Part shown: piece after piece, positions 1-11,105 of the stretch
Layout: each line of letters opens with the position of its first letter
Numbering within the stretch: the first letter of the stretch is position 1
Assembly (NCBI GenBank): GCA_977020255.1
Contig: CDROCS010005932.1
Span: 1 to 64,000 of the forward strand
Reading direction: 5' to 3'
Source of the DNA: Obrimoposthia wandeli
Taxonomy: Eukaryota
Length of the DNA: 64,000 nt
Notes under the pieces: generated by a model
What the model was told of the DNA's origin: nothing
Database searches by the model: none
What the model saw: the letters and a program-made list of their open reading frames with translations, nothing else
Made by a program: the position numbers and the translations under genes

Positions 1-905
1 AATCGAGAAACGTAACGTACAACCTATGACCGATCACATAGAAGCAGCAAGAAATGCTAAGAGCATGGAGTAGAAAATGTGAAAAAAGATAATTAGTGAA
101 GCTAAAGAGACGTTGAATCAACCGCTAGACGAAGAGTGAAGCTCCAGAAGTTTTGACCAAACTAGCTAAACACCTAGTGCATGATTTGGAAGAAGTGAGC
201 AGAATTGGTTAAACATAGTCATGAGGTCTCTGAAGTCATAAAAGAAGTATCACTAAAGATTATTGAAAGGATATGGTCGTTAAGCGTACAGAGGTCAAAT
301 CAAAAGGAACGATGAAAATTTCACTTTAGATTAAATTCTATTGTGATTATGCATTTAAAAAACTTAACGTATACCAAAAAACAACAGAAAACTATTCGGA
401 AAACAGCATGAGAAACTTGAAAACAGATTTGAATGAATATGCTATTCCCAATATAAAGGAAGATCAATAGATGAAGACGTACCAGTCGAGTGCGTGATAT
501 CCAATAGGAAACGAATTAGAGGAAAAATTACGCCAATACTGTAGAACGTCAAGTTAGTAGATAATAAAGGATTAACTGAGATATTAAACTCTGCGTTAGA
601 AATGATAAAAACGCCTATAGAAATTTTAGACAGTTCAAGCGAAAGTGAAATAATAATGATGTAGCTGAAGTTTTGGGAAACGAAGATCCACCAGAACCGC
701 ACAGCTGAATTAAAAAGACGTGAACCAGAAAATGAGTTGACGACTCCGGGTGGTCGAAGCAACACCAGAACCAGATAACTCCAAACCGACAAGATGAAGT
801 CACGGATATAGCCACAACTGCTGAGACAAAACGAAAACGTAACCCAACTAGTAGAGAATAAATTTCATTTGATTTAGATTCAGGCATGCATATGGGAGAG
901 ATGCT

Positions 906-1112
906 ATGGAACAGATGATGACAAAGAGGATTGGTCATGTGGTACACCTAAGCCAAGAGGCAGTGCATGGCTGGGTAAACCGTATGATCCTAGGAGAACT
1001 GAGATTGTATTTAAAGAGGAATCTGGGAGACCTAGAAAGCGACAGTAGTATATCATTGAAATGTTCTAACTGCGTGACGATGAGACATCTGGCCATTGAC
1101 AGCTGCCATTAG
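906..1112 (+). pseudogene. gag: Probable Gag-type CCHC zinc-knuckle remnant
   Basis: KCSNCVTMRHLAIDSC approximates Cx2Cx4Hx4C. Surrounding A-rich coding-like sequence has many stops and frameshifts. Confidence 0.45.
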
Positions 1113-3476
1113 AGCAGTAGCACAGTGGAGCCAAACGAAGATATCTGAGAGCAATATGAATTCCTGGAAGTTCAAGTAAGATATCATGGGGAATTCCTCT
1201 AGGGCAGTTTAAAAATTGTTCAAACAAACAAAGATGAAACAGTTCATATACCAATTTGACTAAAGCAGTAGATCACAGTTCTGGTGAAGAGAATGACTTA
1301 TGAACCATCAATAGAATATGATTTAATATAAGTTTTAGCGAGATTATGTGGATACCAGACTACAAATAAAAAAGCTTAATCACAGCGATTACACATTCGC
1401 AAGTCAACTGGGACGGAACGAACGAGCCAACCTCAATGGAAGTCAAAACAAGGAATAAATGGCTGATGTATTCATCGAGAACGACATGTTGTTGACGAAT
1501 CGACGAAAACGGAGGTTGGGCTGAAATGGCGATCGCTACGCTAAAACCATTGTGGAAATGAATGAAGACGATGACGGTTCAATGTCATGAGAATCGCCAA
1601 AGAGAAAATAAACACACCGTCCGAAAGAAAGAAAACAACTGCAACCAAATATGTCCAACGATAATGATGATGATGCTAGTAATGTTTATGGGAATGCAAC
1701 AGGCACTGATTGAAGGCACCAAAGATGGGACAAAAGAGCCATCCATTCAGGCTAAAGTTTTATGTTTGGAAATCACACCAACCGCCACAAACCATGAGGT
1801 TTTTCCGAGAGACGTGCACGCATTTCGAACAGAACAATAGAAACAGACAAGAAGCACTACAAACCTGATGTAAAGTTGGGGGATATTAAACAGTCACGAG
1901 AGTAGGACAACGATGGCCCTTGATGGATCTTGTGACGGAGGAACAAAAACGCATGGAACCAAAGTAAATAGTAGAGTTAGTAATGACGTAACTTATCAGA
2001 CGAATTAAAAAACATGACCGCTAATTTTGATAAAAGACACAACGAAATGATGAAGTATCCGGAATGTGGAAATGACAGATCAGTAATGGCAATAGAAGAA
2101 GGATCAGATATTTATTAAAAAGAGAAAAACGCAAAAGGATGTGGAAATGACTGTTAGTACTAAGAACCATCCTGGAATAGTTTTATTCAGAGAATTAATA
2201 GCAATTAGCAGAAACCAAGCTAAAACCCAGGAGGTGGTAAGCTATTAATACACATATTTTAATAATAAATTGATTTTTATTATCATAAAGGACTGATGCA
2301 AATGGAACAGTTATATCGGATGACATCGAGAGAGATTGCCAGCCAAACAAAGAGATCAAGAATAAAGTTAGCATTAGCTATTACGAACTAGACATGGTAG
2401 CACCATTATTACCCTTAGATGAAGGTATTTATAAAACCATGGGAGAAGCATTACATACTTGCTAAGCGAAAGTGGAAGTACAGTTTAAACAACAAACCGA
2501 TGTAATGGAGTGAAATCGGCAGTAACGCATAATTTAAAAGAACTTTTGTTGAACCAATCACGAATGATACTTCCAAAAGACACTCCAACCAAATCAGCTG
2601 TCAATATAATGGGCACCTGAATATCAGATGACGAATGATCTATGGATAACCCTACCTGAATCGAAAGTCAAATTGAAACTCCAGATGATAAAATGACGAA
2701 TCTAAAGGAAAACAAATTCAGCAGAAATATGAAAATGCAGGTTTGTACTACGAAAAAGACTTAAAAGCGGCCTGGAAACGAAATAATGTTTCCAGTAAAG
2801 CGGCCAGAGTACCATGAGATGGTACATCGCATTGACACCAGAGCTGATATGCGAATTTCGATATGTTATTGTCGCCAAGTCATTTGTGGAAGCAGTACAT
2901 CAAACACTTAGAAAGATGGGGAAATTCTTTGTTTTGTGCACAGTTATTTCAGGTATCATAGGTATTTATGAATATAAATTAAATTGTGCAGTGTAATTGA
3001 GCCTGTGTTGTCTACGTATAGCTATAAGCAGGATAACCTGAATCACCTGCAAACTTATAATTGATGTTTCCCATTTTAGCGAAATATCTAATGCAATCAT
3101 CATCACGAGAACGAGCGCTGGTGAGCCCTCAAAGCGAGCAACATCAAACGAGAACCATGATAATGAGAACCAAGAAACTATCATACTACAACGACGATGA
3201 TAACGATAGCCCAGAGAATATTCAAAGAGAATCAGAAAACCAAGCAAAGATTCCTGCTTACCGGTATTGCTAAATAAGTGCTAAACCTATATCCAATGAA
3301 GGAACTAAAGGAAGAGAAGGAAAAAGTTCAAGAGAGGCATTTTAATGATAAGATGGCCTAAAGTGAATCAAGGTGAGATTCCAAGCAGAGAAAAAGACAA
3401 AAGATAATTCCAGCTTGAAGTCTAGGATATCCAATGAGAATCCAAACGCTCCATCACAAGTAGCAGTAACACATCG

Positions 3477-3680
3477 AACGGAGAGGAATATCTTGCCGAA
3501 GTTGATACTGATCTGTATCAGTACTGAGTAAAGAAATCTTATTATCAAAGAATTGTTAAGAGAAGTATGCCCTAGAAAAACAGACATTTGTTAACGTAAA
3601 TGGTACAGATGTAGTGTCATCAGAAGGAACACTGAAAATGTTCTGTTAAATATTTCATTTTGAAGAGCATTGCAGTTAAA
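3477..3680 (+). pseudogene. Upstream retropepsin-like (aspartic protease) domain remnant
   Basis: Restoring 1 nt after gtt gat act (3501-3509) gives NGEEYLAEVDT[G]SVSVLSKE. Downstream, FVNVNGTDVVSSEGTLKMF resembles the flap VSVNGDPVKVTGILPCTF of the second protease. Confidence 0.5.
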
Positions 3681-4386
3681 TGTCAGAATATTCACAGATT
3701 GTAGTCCAGTCGAATGATGGATGTATATTTGATGTTTGAAGCTGAATAATTATATTACCAAACCAACAAGAGTTTTAAAGAACGACAGTTCAGTGAGAGA
3801 TAAAATGTTGAGAGGACCTAGTAGTCGAAAAGGAAAATAATTATGTTCCGTATATGTAAAATCCGTACCAAGACAGGAAACAGGAAGCGCCAGTAAAGTC
3901 GATACTTCACTACAAAGAGAAACTACGGACCACAAGCTATGACGAGGGAGGAAAATAACATATGTGAATCTGTCGAAAAGATCCCTGAGAATCGGTAGTA
4001 AATAAACGAAGATCACTTGAACCGTACTATTCAAAAGAAATGTCACGTAAATGGCGAGAACAGGTTTACAAATGTTAAACACGACAAATAGTTATGGTTC
4101 TGAGGAAGTAGTACGATGCGTATGGTGCAGAGTAAGTTTAGAAAGTGGGAAAACAATGAAAACCCAATGAAACGTCATAAAGAGATGCACCAAATTGTCC
4201 ATTTCTCTGAAACTGAAAACTTCAAACGTACCAGAAATTCAAATGGGGAAAGCACCATCTGATTTCGACAACAGTGACGAGATTCCAGAAGGAGAATCAG
4301 CTCTAAAAGTAGGCAAAGTGATAACAAATAGCCGAATTGAAGATATATTCGAAGTAATGCGAGAAGTAAACGAATGTGACGAACAA

Positions 4387-4570
4387 TATCGAGAAGTAAC
4401 TTTCAAAGATCCTAGACTTAAAAAAATTGGCAAAAAAATAACTTTTTGCTATAAAAAAGGATGGTAAAGACGTCATTAAATGCCACAAGTGTAAAAAAGA
4501 ACGATTTATTGACAGATATACTCTTGAGTTATCTAAGAAAACTTTACATCATGAATTTTGCGAATTTTGT
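4387..4570 (+). pseudogene. BIR-like zinc-binding domain within the polyprotein (frameshifted)
   Basis: Reconstructed with copy B (~34047-34230): YREVTF...LKKLAKKxLFAIKKDGKDVIKCHKC-x18-H-x6-C. This matches the BIR pattern RxxTF...LAxxGF...DxVxCxxC...H-x6-C. Confidence 0.65.
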
Positions 4571-4865
4571 ACTTTTAAAAACAAAATAAAGCAAAAAGAA
4601 CAGAAAACCGAATGTATAATCGAATACCAAATCACACGGAAAGAGATTTTGGCTCAACAAGACACACCGGTAGTGTCATTCGTGAGAAGACTATATACAA
4701 AAAGAAGCAGAAAGAATCAGAGATTTGGTAGAATTAAAAATAAAAACTACGCGAAATGGATACGGATCAATTTTTTGAATTACTAAAAGATAAAGATGAC
4801 AGTACAATTGAAACAAAAGAGAAAGAGTACATAAACGAACTAGAATACGTACTAGAAGATCCAAC

Positions 4866-4990
4866 AGTGCAGTTTGCATGGTCAATAAAATAGAAGTTGC
4901 CTTTTTACTCATGCGGACATGTAAGAACATAAAGTCGGAGATGCGAAGGAAATGGTATCATGTCCGATTTGTAGAAGGATAATAGATCGA
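4866..4990 (+). pseudogene. IAP-type C3HC4 RING finger within the polyprotein
   Basis: Copy B reads xAVCMVNKVEVAFLPCGHVKTCRRCANEMVTCPICR (34521-34628). Copy A is the same motif with indels. Confidence 0.8.
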
Positions 4991-5099
4991 CAAGTGAGAA
5001 ATATTAGATTTCACTATCCAAACAAAGGAAGTGGACCGGGACAGAATTTAATAATTCAATAAATACAATATACCATATGGGAAATATAAATGGAGTTAA

Positions 5100-5420
5100 T
5101 ACAGCGACCAGCAGCTATCATCAGAGTAAATAATTTAAGAGTAAAAGCCTTAATTGATACAGAAAGGTGCTGTAGCTTCGATAGTAAGTGAAGATTGTTT
5201 GACAGAGGAACAGAAACGAACAATGACAGAACCAGATGAATTATTGGTATCAGTCAATGGAGACCCTGTAAAAGTGACGGGAATATTACCATGTACATTT
5301 ATAATTGGACGTAATACGATCACTATACCAGTTAGAATCATGAAAGTATGTCCTAAACCTACAATTTTAGGAATGGATATACTATCACAACTCAAAGGAA
5401 TAAGTATTGATTTACAAGAT
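5100..5420 (+). pseudogene. pol: Pol aspartic protease
   Basis: IRVNNLRVKALIDT + GAVASIVSE with a 4-nt insertion in the DTG codons, and later ILGMDIL. Copy B retains ALIDTG at 34804-34812. Confidence 0.85.
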
Positions 5421-5656
5421 CCAAGATTGAAGGATAGCACATCAAACAGACAAATAAACCAAATTGATGTAATTATAGAAAATCCTATAAAAATCGGTAA
5501 AAGATCACAATTTCTCATTCAAGGTCACACATTATCAGAAGATAAAGGACCAGTTGTGTTCGAACCATCACGAAATTTCATAGATAAATACGGAATTATC
5601 AGTTGTGAGTACAGTATGGGCGTCTGATTGAAAACCACAAAATACCAGTTAGACTG

Positions 5657-7165
5657 ATGAATACAACCAACAATGACATCCTGTTATACAGAGGAATGAG
5701 GTTGGGAAAGATAGCACAGATGAAGAATCCCACTGTGTGTGCTATGAAACTCGATAAAGACACGAATGATTACGAAGAAATAGTAATCCAATCAGAAAGA
5801 CTGACAACCAGAGAAAAGAAACAATTACTCGATTTAATACATAGATTTCCAAAGGTAATTGCCAAAAATCCGTATGACATAGGAGAAACACCTGTCATAA
5901 AACACACAATACCGCTGACAGAAGACAAAGTAGTCAGAAGAAGACCATATCGAGTACCATTACAGTTACAAGACGAAGTCAAAAGCCAGATCGAAGATAT
6001 GTTCAAAACAGGAGTAATTAGACCGAGTTTTTCACCATTCTCAGCACCTGTGGTGTTGGTAAAAAAGAAGGATGGAAAAATGAGATTCTGTATAGATTTC
6101 AGAGAACTGAACAAGATCACAAGAAAAGATGTTTATCCATTACCTAGAATCGAAGAGATGCTCGATAAATTGGGTAATTCAGATTATTTTACATTGATTT
6201 GCAGAGTGGATACTGGCAAATCGAGATAGAGGAAGAGGATAAACACAAACAGCCTTTTCCTGCGGAGATGGATTGTACGAATGCGAAAAAATGCCATTCG
6301 ACTGACAGGAGCCCCAGCAACATTTCAGCGTTGCATGAATTTTGTACTGCATCGTGTGAAACACGATGGTTTATATCGATGACATAATAATATTTTCGAA
6401 GACGTTCGAAGAACATTTAAAAAATCTTGAAGTTGTATTTAAAAGACTGGAAAACGCTAAATTAAAGTTAAACCTACAAAATGCGAATGGGCTAAAGAGC
6501 GAGTAACATTTTTAGGACATATAGTATCGAAAGAAGGTATTCGACCTGATCCAGCAAAGATCGAGAAAGTAAAAGCGCATTTAGCGCCAAAGACTGTTAA
6601 AGAAATACAGAGTTTTTTAGGTCTTGCGAACTATTATAGACGATTTGTTGAACATTTTTCAGATATAGCAACACCATTGAGAAAGTTGACGAGGAAAGAT
6701 GAGAAGTTCATATGAGGAAATGAAGCACAACAAGCGTTCGAACCTCTAAAAGAAAGACTGATAAAAGCACCAATATTAGCGTTTCCAGATATAAACCGAC
6801 AATTCATACTAATGACAGATGGGCAAGTAACTATGCTGTAGGAGCAGTATTGGGGACAAGAGTATGGCGAAGGAAGAGAACACGTCATCGTGTATGCGAG
6901 TAGAGGATTAAACAGAGCCGAAAGAGGATACTATGTTATTGAAAAGGAATGTCTAGCCATAGTATACTCATGTAGACAGTACAGACACTACTTGCTAGGA
7001 AAAAAAGTATTCCTGTATACAGATCACAAACCACTACAGTTCTTGTATAAACATAGAGACGAGATGAGTAGATTAAACAGATGGTTTCTGAAATTGGCCG
7101 AATTTGATCTAGAAATCCGTTATAAAACCGGAAAGTCGAATGACAACGCAGATTGTTTGTCGTGA
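5657..7165 (+). pseudogene. pol: Reverse transcriptase and RNase H (frameshifted, with stops)
   Basis: SPFSAPVVLVKKKDGKMRFCIDFRELN, YPLPRI, SGYWQI, YIDD, TFLGHIVS, YASRGL, EKECLAIV and TDHKPL: typical Ty3/Gypsy RT-RH. Confidence 0.95.
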
Positions 7166-7399
7166 TTGACAAATGTAGACGAGAAAGGAAACATAATTCT
7201 AGAAGAAGAACAAGATGAAACCTACGACCAAAAAGGAGAAGCAAATCTACTATCGATTTTATAAAGACGGGTAAAATAGACAAAGAAATCATCAAGGAAC
7301 AGAAAGAAGATGAAGAACTGAGTCTAATCACAGAACTGTTAGTGAAAGGAGATCTAAACGATGAAATGACGAAAAAATACTCGATAAAAAGAAGGAATC

Positions 7400-8600
7400 T
7401 TGTATATTGTCAACAATATAGGAAAGATAGTAGTAGTAATTCCGAAGTCATTGAAAACAGCAGTGATGATCCAGTACCACGATGGAAGACTGGGAGGACA
7501 TATGTCAGGGACGAAAGACAATAGCCAGAATCAAAGAGAAGTACCATTGGGATGGTGGAAGATGACATAAAACAATGGTGTAAACAATGTAAAGTATGTT
7601 TAACCAGAAAAGACACCGCCGGAACTCGTACTAAAGTTCCACTGAAACCGATGCCAGTTCCTTTGGCACCAATGGAATTCACAGCGATGGATATATTGGG
7701 ACCATTGAGAGAATCGAGTAAAGGAAACAAGTACGTCATAGTATTTACGGACTACATGACGAGATGGGTAGAAACATATCCCATGCAAAACCCCAAGGCT
7801 GAAACAATAGCGCAGATCTTAGTGGAAGAGATAAGATTTTGATACGGAGTGCCTAGAAAGTTATTAATGGATCAAGGCAAGAACTTCACTGAAGAAGTAA
7901 TAAAAGCAGTATCGAAGATATTTGGAATCATGAAGTTACAAACGTCACCATATCACCCACAAACCTATGGTCTAGTATAGAGGATTAATAAAACTTTATG
8001 TATGATGGTACAATCTTATTGCTCCGATAAGCAAGAAGATTGGGATAAATATTTACCTTCATGTTTATATGCTTACAGGAATTCAGTTCGAGAGGCGACG
8101 GTCACACACCATTCTATCTGATGTATCTCAGACAGAACAATATGTCAATAGATCTGGAGTGGACCGAACCAACATCTCAGTATCTAGAAACTGAACAATA
8201 CATTGTCGTTAGGAAAGAAAGATTACAAGATGCTTGGACTAAAGCAGGATTGAAACTGAAATTCAATCAAGAAGGTTACAAGGAACAATATGACAAAAAG
8301 GCAAAACCACATGAATTTAGAGTCGGAGATTAAGTGATGATATTTTACCCAGTCATCGAACCAGGTCTATCGTTTAAACTTCATAGACCATACAAAGGGC
8401 CATACAAGGTGATACAGACAACCTCAACGAACTTGAAAGTAATCAACGAGGAGAACCGGAACAAGGAACCAATGATTGTACATGCAAATCGATGTAAACT
8501 GGTACTGAATAAAGATAACGCGTCACGATATGAGTTAAGATCACAGAAACTGAAGCCGAATACCAATACCATTAAACTTACACGAATGGTAAGTGATTGA
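7400..8600 (+). pseudogene. pol: Integrase with GPY/F C-terminus (decayed)
   Basis: HDGRLGGH...CKQCKVC zinc motif, AMDILGP, LLMDQGKNF, SPYHPQTYG; catalytic Glu codon mutated to TAG; RPYKGPYKV and VHANRCK. Confidence 0.95.
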
Positions 8601-8615
8601 AACTACATAAATACG

Positions 8616-9734
8616 ATGACAAGTGGTAGCGAGGAAAAAGCAGCGAGAATTGGCATGCTCAGAACGAAGCACCAAGAGGAAAAAGAAGTAATCCGACACA
8701 TCGCACCACAAGAGATATTGGAAGAAGACGAAGAGATCATAGTCGTTTTCGAAAGAACACAACCAACAGACGTGGCGAAAGAAGTCATTGTGAAAGATGC
8801 ACTAACAAATGAATTTCTATGCGAACTTAGAGTGTCATACTACGATGGAAATACACTAGTCGCAGAACTGCATCAAAACTCCAATGTGTTTACAACTGAG
8901 AAAGTTATAATCGAAATCACATTAACACCAAACATAGTTGCATGGCAGAACTATGACAGTACTGAATCAGGACTAGCCAGTCAGGAAGAAAAAGAACCGC
9001 CCGGTGGTCACATACTTCATGGTACACCAAAAAGACTCAAACAAGAATACCACGATGTAATAATGGTGTTACGTAATTCACATGGGAGAAGAGACATAAT
9101 GAGAGTTCATTTAATCGACGTTGACACTGAAAAGATAATCTGTCAGATGGACACCAAATACTTTGACGGAAAGACCATTGTATGTAGTATACCGGAATCT
9201 CACCAATTAAACACAGATCAAACGGAAGTATCTGTAAGATTGAGCGTAATAGAAGGATTTCATTCGCCAACCCAACCGGAAGTAACAAACAATAAAATCA
9301 TTAAAGCAACGGCAGAGTTACGCATTGACAGCGGATACCGGAAGTGGGAAGCTAAAAATAAACCACAAAGAATCAATATGATCCGAGAACAAGTGACAAC
9401 CTCAATCCAACCAAAATATCATGCTGAAATAGTATCATCCGCGCCAAGTGTGATTACATCGATAAACGACGAAATTATAATTTTACTAAAAAATCGATGG
9501 CCGTCATCAACCGAGATACGAGTCAATTTAATTAATTATGCGAAAACACCGATATCTAAGCTGAATGTCACCTATTTTGATGCATTGTCCATCATGGGTA
9601 AATTGGAAACAATTGTCATGTGCTATGGAGCACAATTCCAAGTTGAGATACTTAAGGATAGTGTAATACCGTATCTGATTCACAGATACGCAGGACCAGT
9701 CAATCCAATTATTCTAACCCCTTCATTAAATTAA
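8616..9734 (+). CDS. Polyprotein segment with three ~80-aa repeats, IPT/TIG-like fold inferred
   Basis: Three alignable units (~8691-8925, ~9009-9250, ~9423-9660). In copy B the segment is in-frame with integrase (ORF 38896-40332). Confidence 0.55.
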   Translation: MTSGSEEKAARIGMLRTKHQEEKEVIRHIAPQEILEEDEEIIVVFERTQPTDVAKEVIVKDALTNEFLCELRVSYYDGNTLVAELHQNSNVFTTEKVIIEITLTPNIVAWQNYDSTESGLASQEEKEPPGGHILHGTPKRLKQEYHDVIMVLRNSHGRRDIMRVHLIDVDTEKIICQMDTKYFDGKTIVCSIPESHQLNTDQTEVSVRLSVIEGFHSPTQPEVTNNKIIKATAELRIDSGYRKWEAKNKPQRINMIREQVTTSIQPKYHAEIVSSAPSVITSINDEIIILLKNRWPSSTEIRVNLINYAKTPISKLNVTYFDALSIMGKLETIVMCYGAQFQVEILKDSVIPYLIHRYAGPVNPIILTPSLN

Positions 9735-10123
9735 TTCAGACAGACATACCAGAATACCCTTCGAGCGAGTCTAGTCAAGACAGCGAACCTGAAAGTAGCG
9801 ATCCAGAGTCAACAGAATCCGAAGATAACATAATAGAGCGATTCGGAAGAACCATGGAGGTTGAATTCGCTAAAGAGAGTAGAAAAAGACGAAACATAGA
9901 ATTCGTGAAACAAAATATACAAGAAAGACGAATTAAATCCGCAGAAGAGACCGAGTCGGAAGAGGAACCAACAAAAAAACAGACATCAGAGACAAAGATG
10001 AATATCTCTCCAGCGATACGAATGCTGAGAGGAAAGAAACTGGCGAAATTATCCATCATCAACGAACAACTAGAGAAGAGATTAGAAAGACTAAAACTTG
10101 AAGAGTCAGAATTAATGCCACCA

Positions 10124-10530
10124 ATGAGTGAGATCATTCCAGGTAAGTTATACCTCGGAAATGTGGAAGATGCAACAGACGAAAAGAAACTGTTGGAACA
10201 AGGGATAACATACGTGATCAATGTTACAATGAATCACAAATCGCAATATCAGACAATCAGAGCTATGACATTAAGAGTAAAAGACTCAATGGAGGCTAAT
10301 CTTCTCGAATGGTTCGTAGAAACAAACGAGATACTTCACAGAGAACTCCAAAACCAAGGAAAAGTGTGGTACATTGTCAGAAAGGAATCTCCCGATCAGC
10401 AACCCTAGTATTAGCGTATCTAATAAAGACTAGACGAATGCAGGTACTAGAAGCGCTGAAATACCTAAAGGAAAGACGAAGTATCGCGAACCCAAATCTT
10501 AACTTTTTGGGACAATTGTCAAATTACCAA
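10124..10530 (+). pseudogene. Dual-specificity protein phosphatase domain (1-nt deletion before the active site)
   Basis: SEIIPGKLYLGN...GITYVINVT...VHCQKGISRSATLVLAYLI...ALKYLKERRSIANPNLNFLGQL. HCx2GxSRS loop at 10372-10398. Copy B has KVLVHCLKGISRS in one frame (41061-41096). Confidence 0.9.
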
Positions 10531-10641
10531 CTCATGTTGCAAGAACAGAGACGGATGGACGACATCCCTGAGGATCCAAAGGAAAAGAATTTCCTCCAAG
10601 CACTATCGTTTACCGGTTTATTCTTAGCCGGAGTCGACAAA

Positions 10642-11049
10642 ATTACTCAGATAATGCCGAAAGTATTTCTATGTCATCCAGGAGATATAGATACTGCTGG
10701 ATTAAAGTTCCACAGTATCAACCCAGTAATTAACATTGTTGAAGTCGGAAATGAGATAATCAGCCTGCGTCAAAATACTGAAGATGACACAACTCGATAC
10801 ATACATGCTTCCAATCGGGAGATAAACGATGCACAACAACATCTGATGAAACTGACTCAAACCATCCAAGCCGAAGTCACAGAAGGAAACGGCGTTCTGA
10901 TATATCAGAAAAAAGGTACAATGTTAGCGCCTACCATAGGTGTATCCTTGTTGGTAGAGTACCATGGTCATACACCAGAAGAAGCGATGGTTTATATCAA
11001 ACAGAATAGACCAGATACGGAATTCAACCATTACTTGTTCGAGAAATAG
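10642..11049 (+). CDS. Second DUSP-fold domain lacking the catalytic Cys/Arg (pseudophosphatase)
   Basis: ITQIMPKVFL...GNGVLIYQKKGTMLAPTIGVSLLVEYHGHTPEEAMVYIKQNRP aligns to DUSP, with HCxxGxSRS replaced by YQKKGTMLA. Same motif in copy B. Confidence 0.65.
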   Translation: MTQIMPKVFLCHPGDIDTAGLKFHSINPVINIVEVGNEIISLRQNTEDDTTRYIHASNREINDAQQHLMKLTQTIQAEVTEGNGVLIYQKKGTMLAPTIGVSLLVEYHGHTPEEAMVYIKQNRPDTEFNHYLFEK

Positions 11050-11105
11050 AGAAATACTCCGAAAAGAGGAAGCAACAACGAGAAACAAATGAAGCTACAA
11101 CAACA

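Noticed and set aside
2814-2996. Possible BCL-2-like helix/TM segment
   Set aside because: No NWGR-type BH1 motif; too short and decayed to call.
4441-4470. Apparent shared frameshift in the BIR of both copies (programmed frameshift?)
   Set aside because: On alignment the extra base lies in different A-runs in A and B, so these are independent indels.
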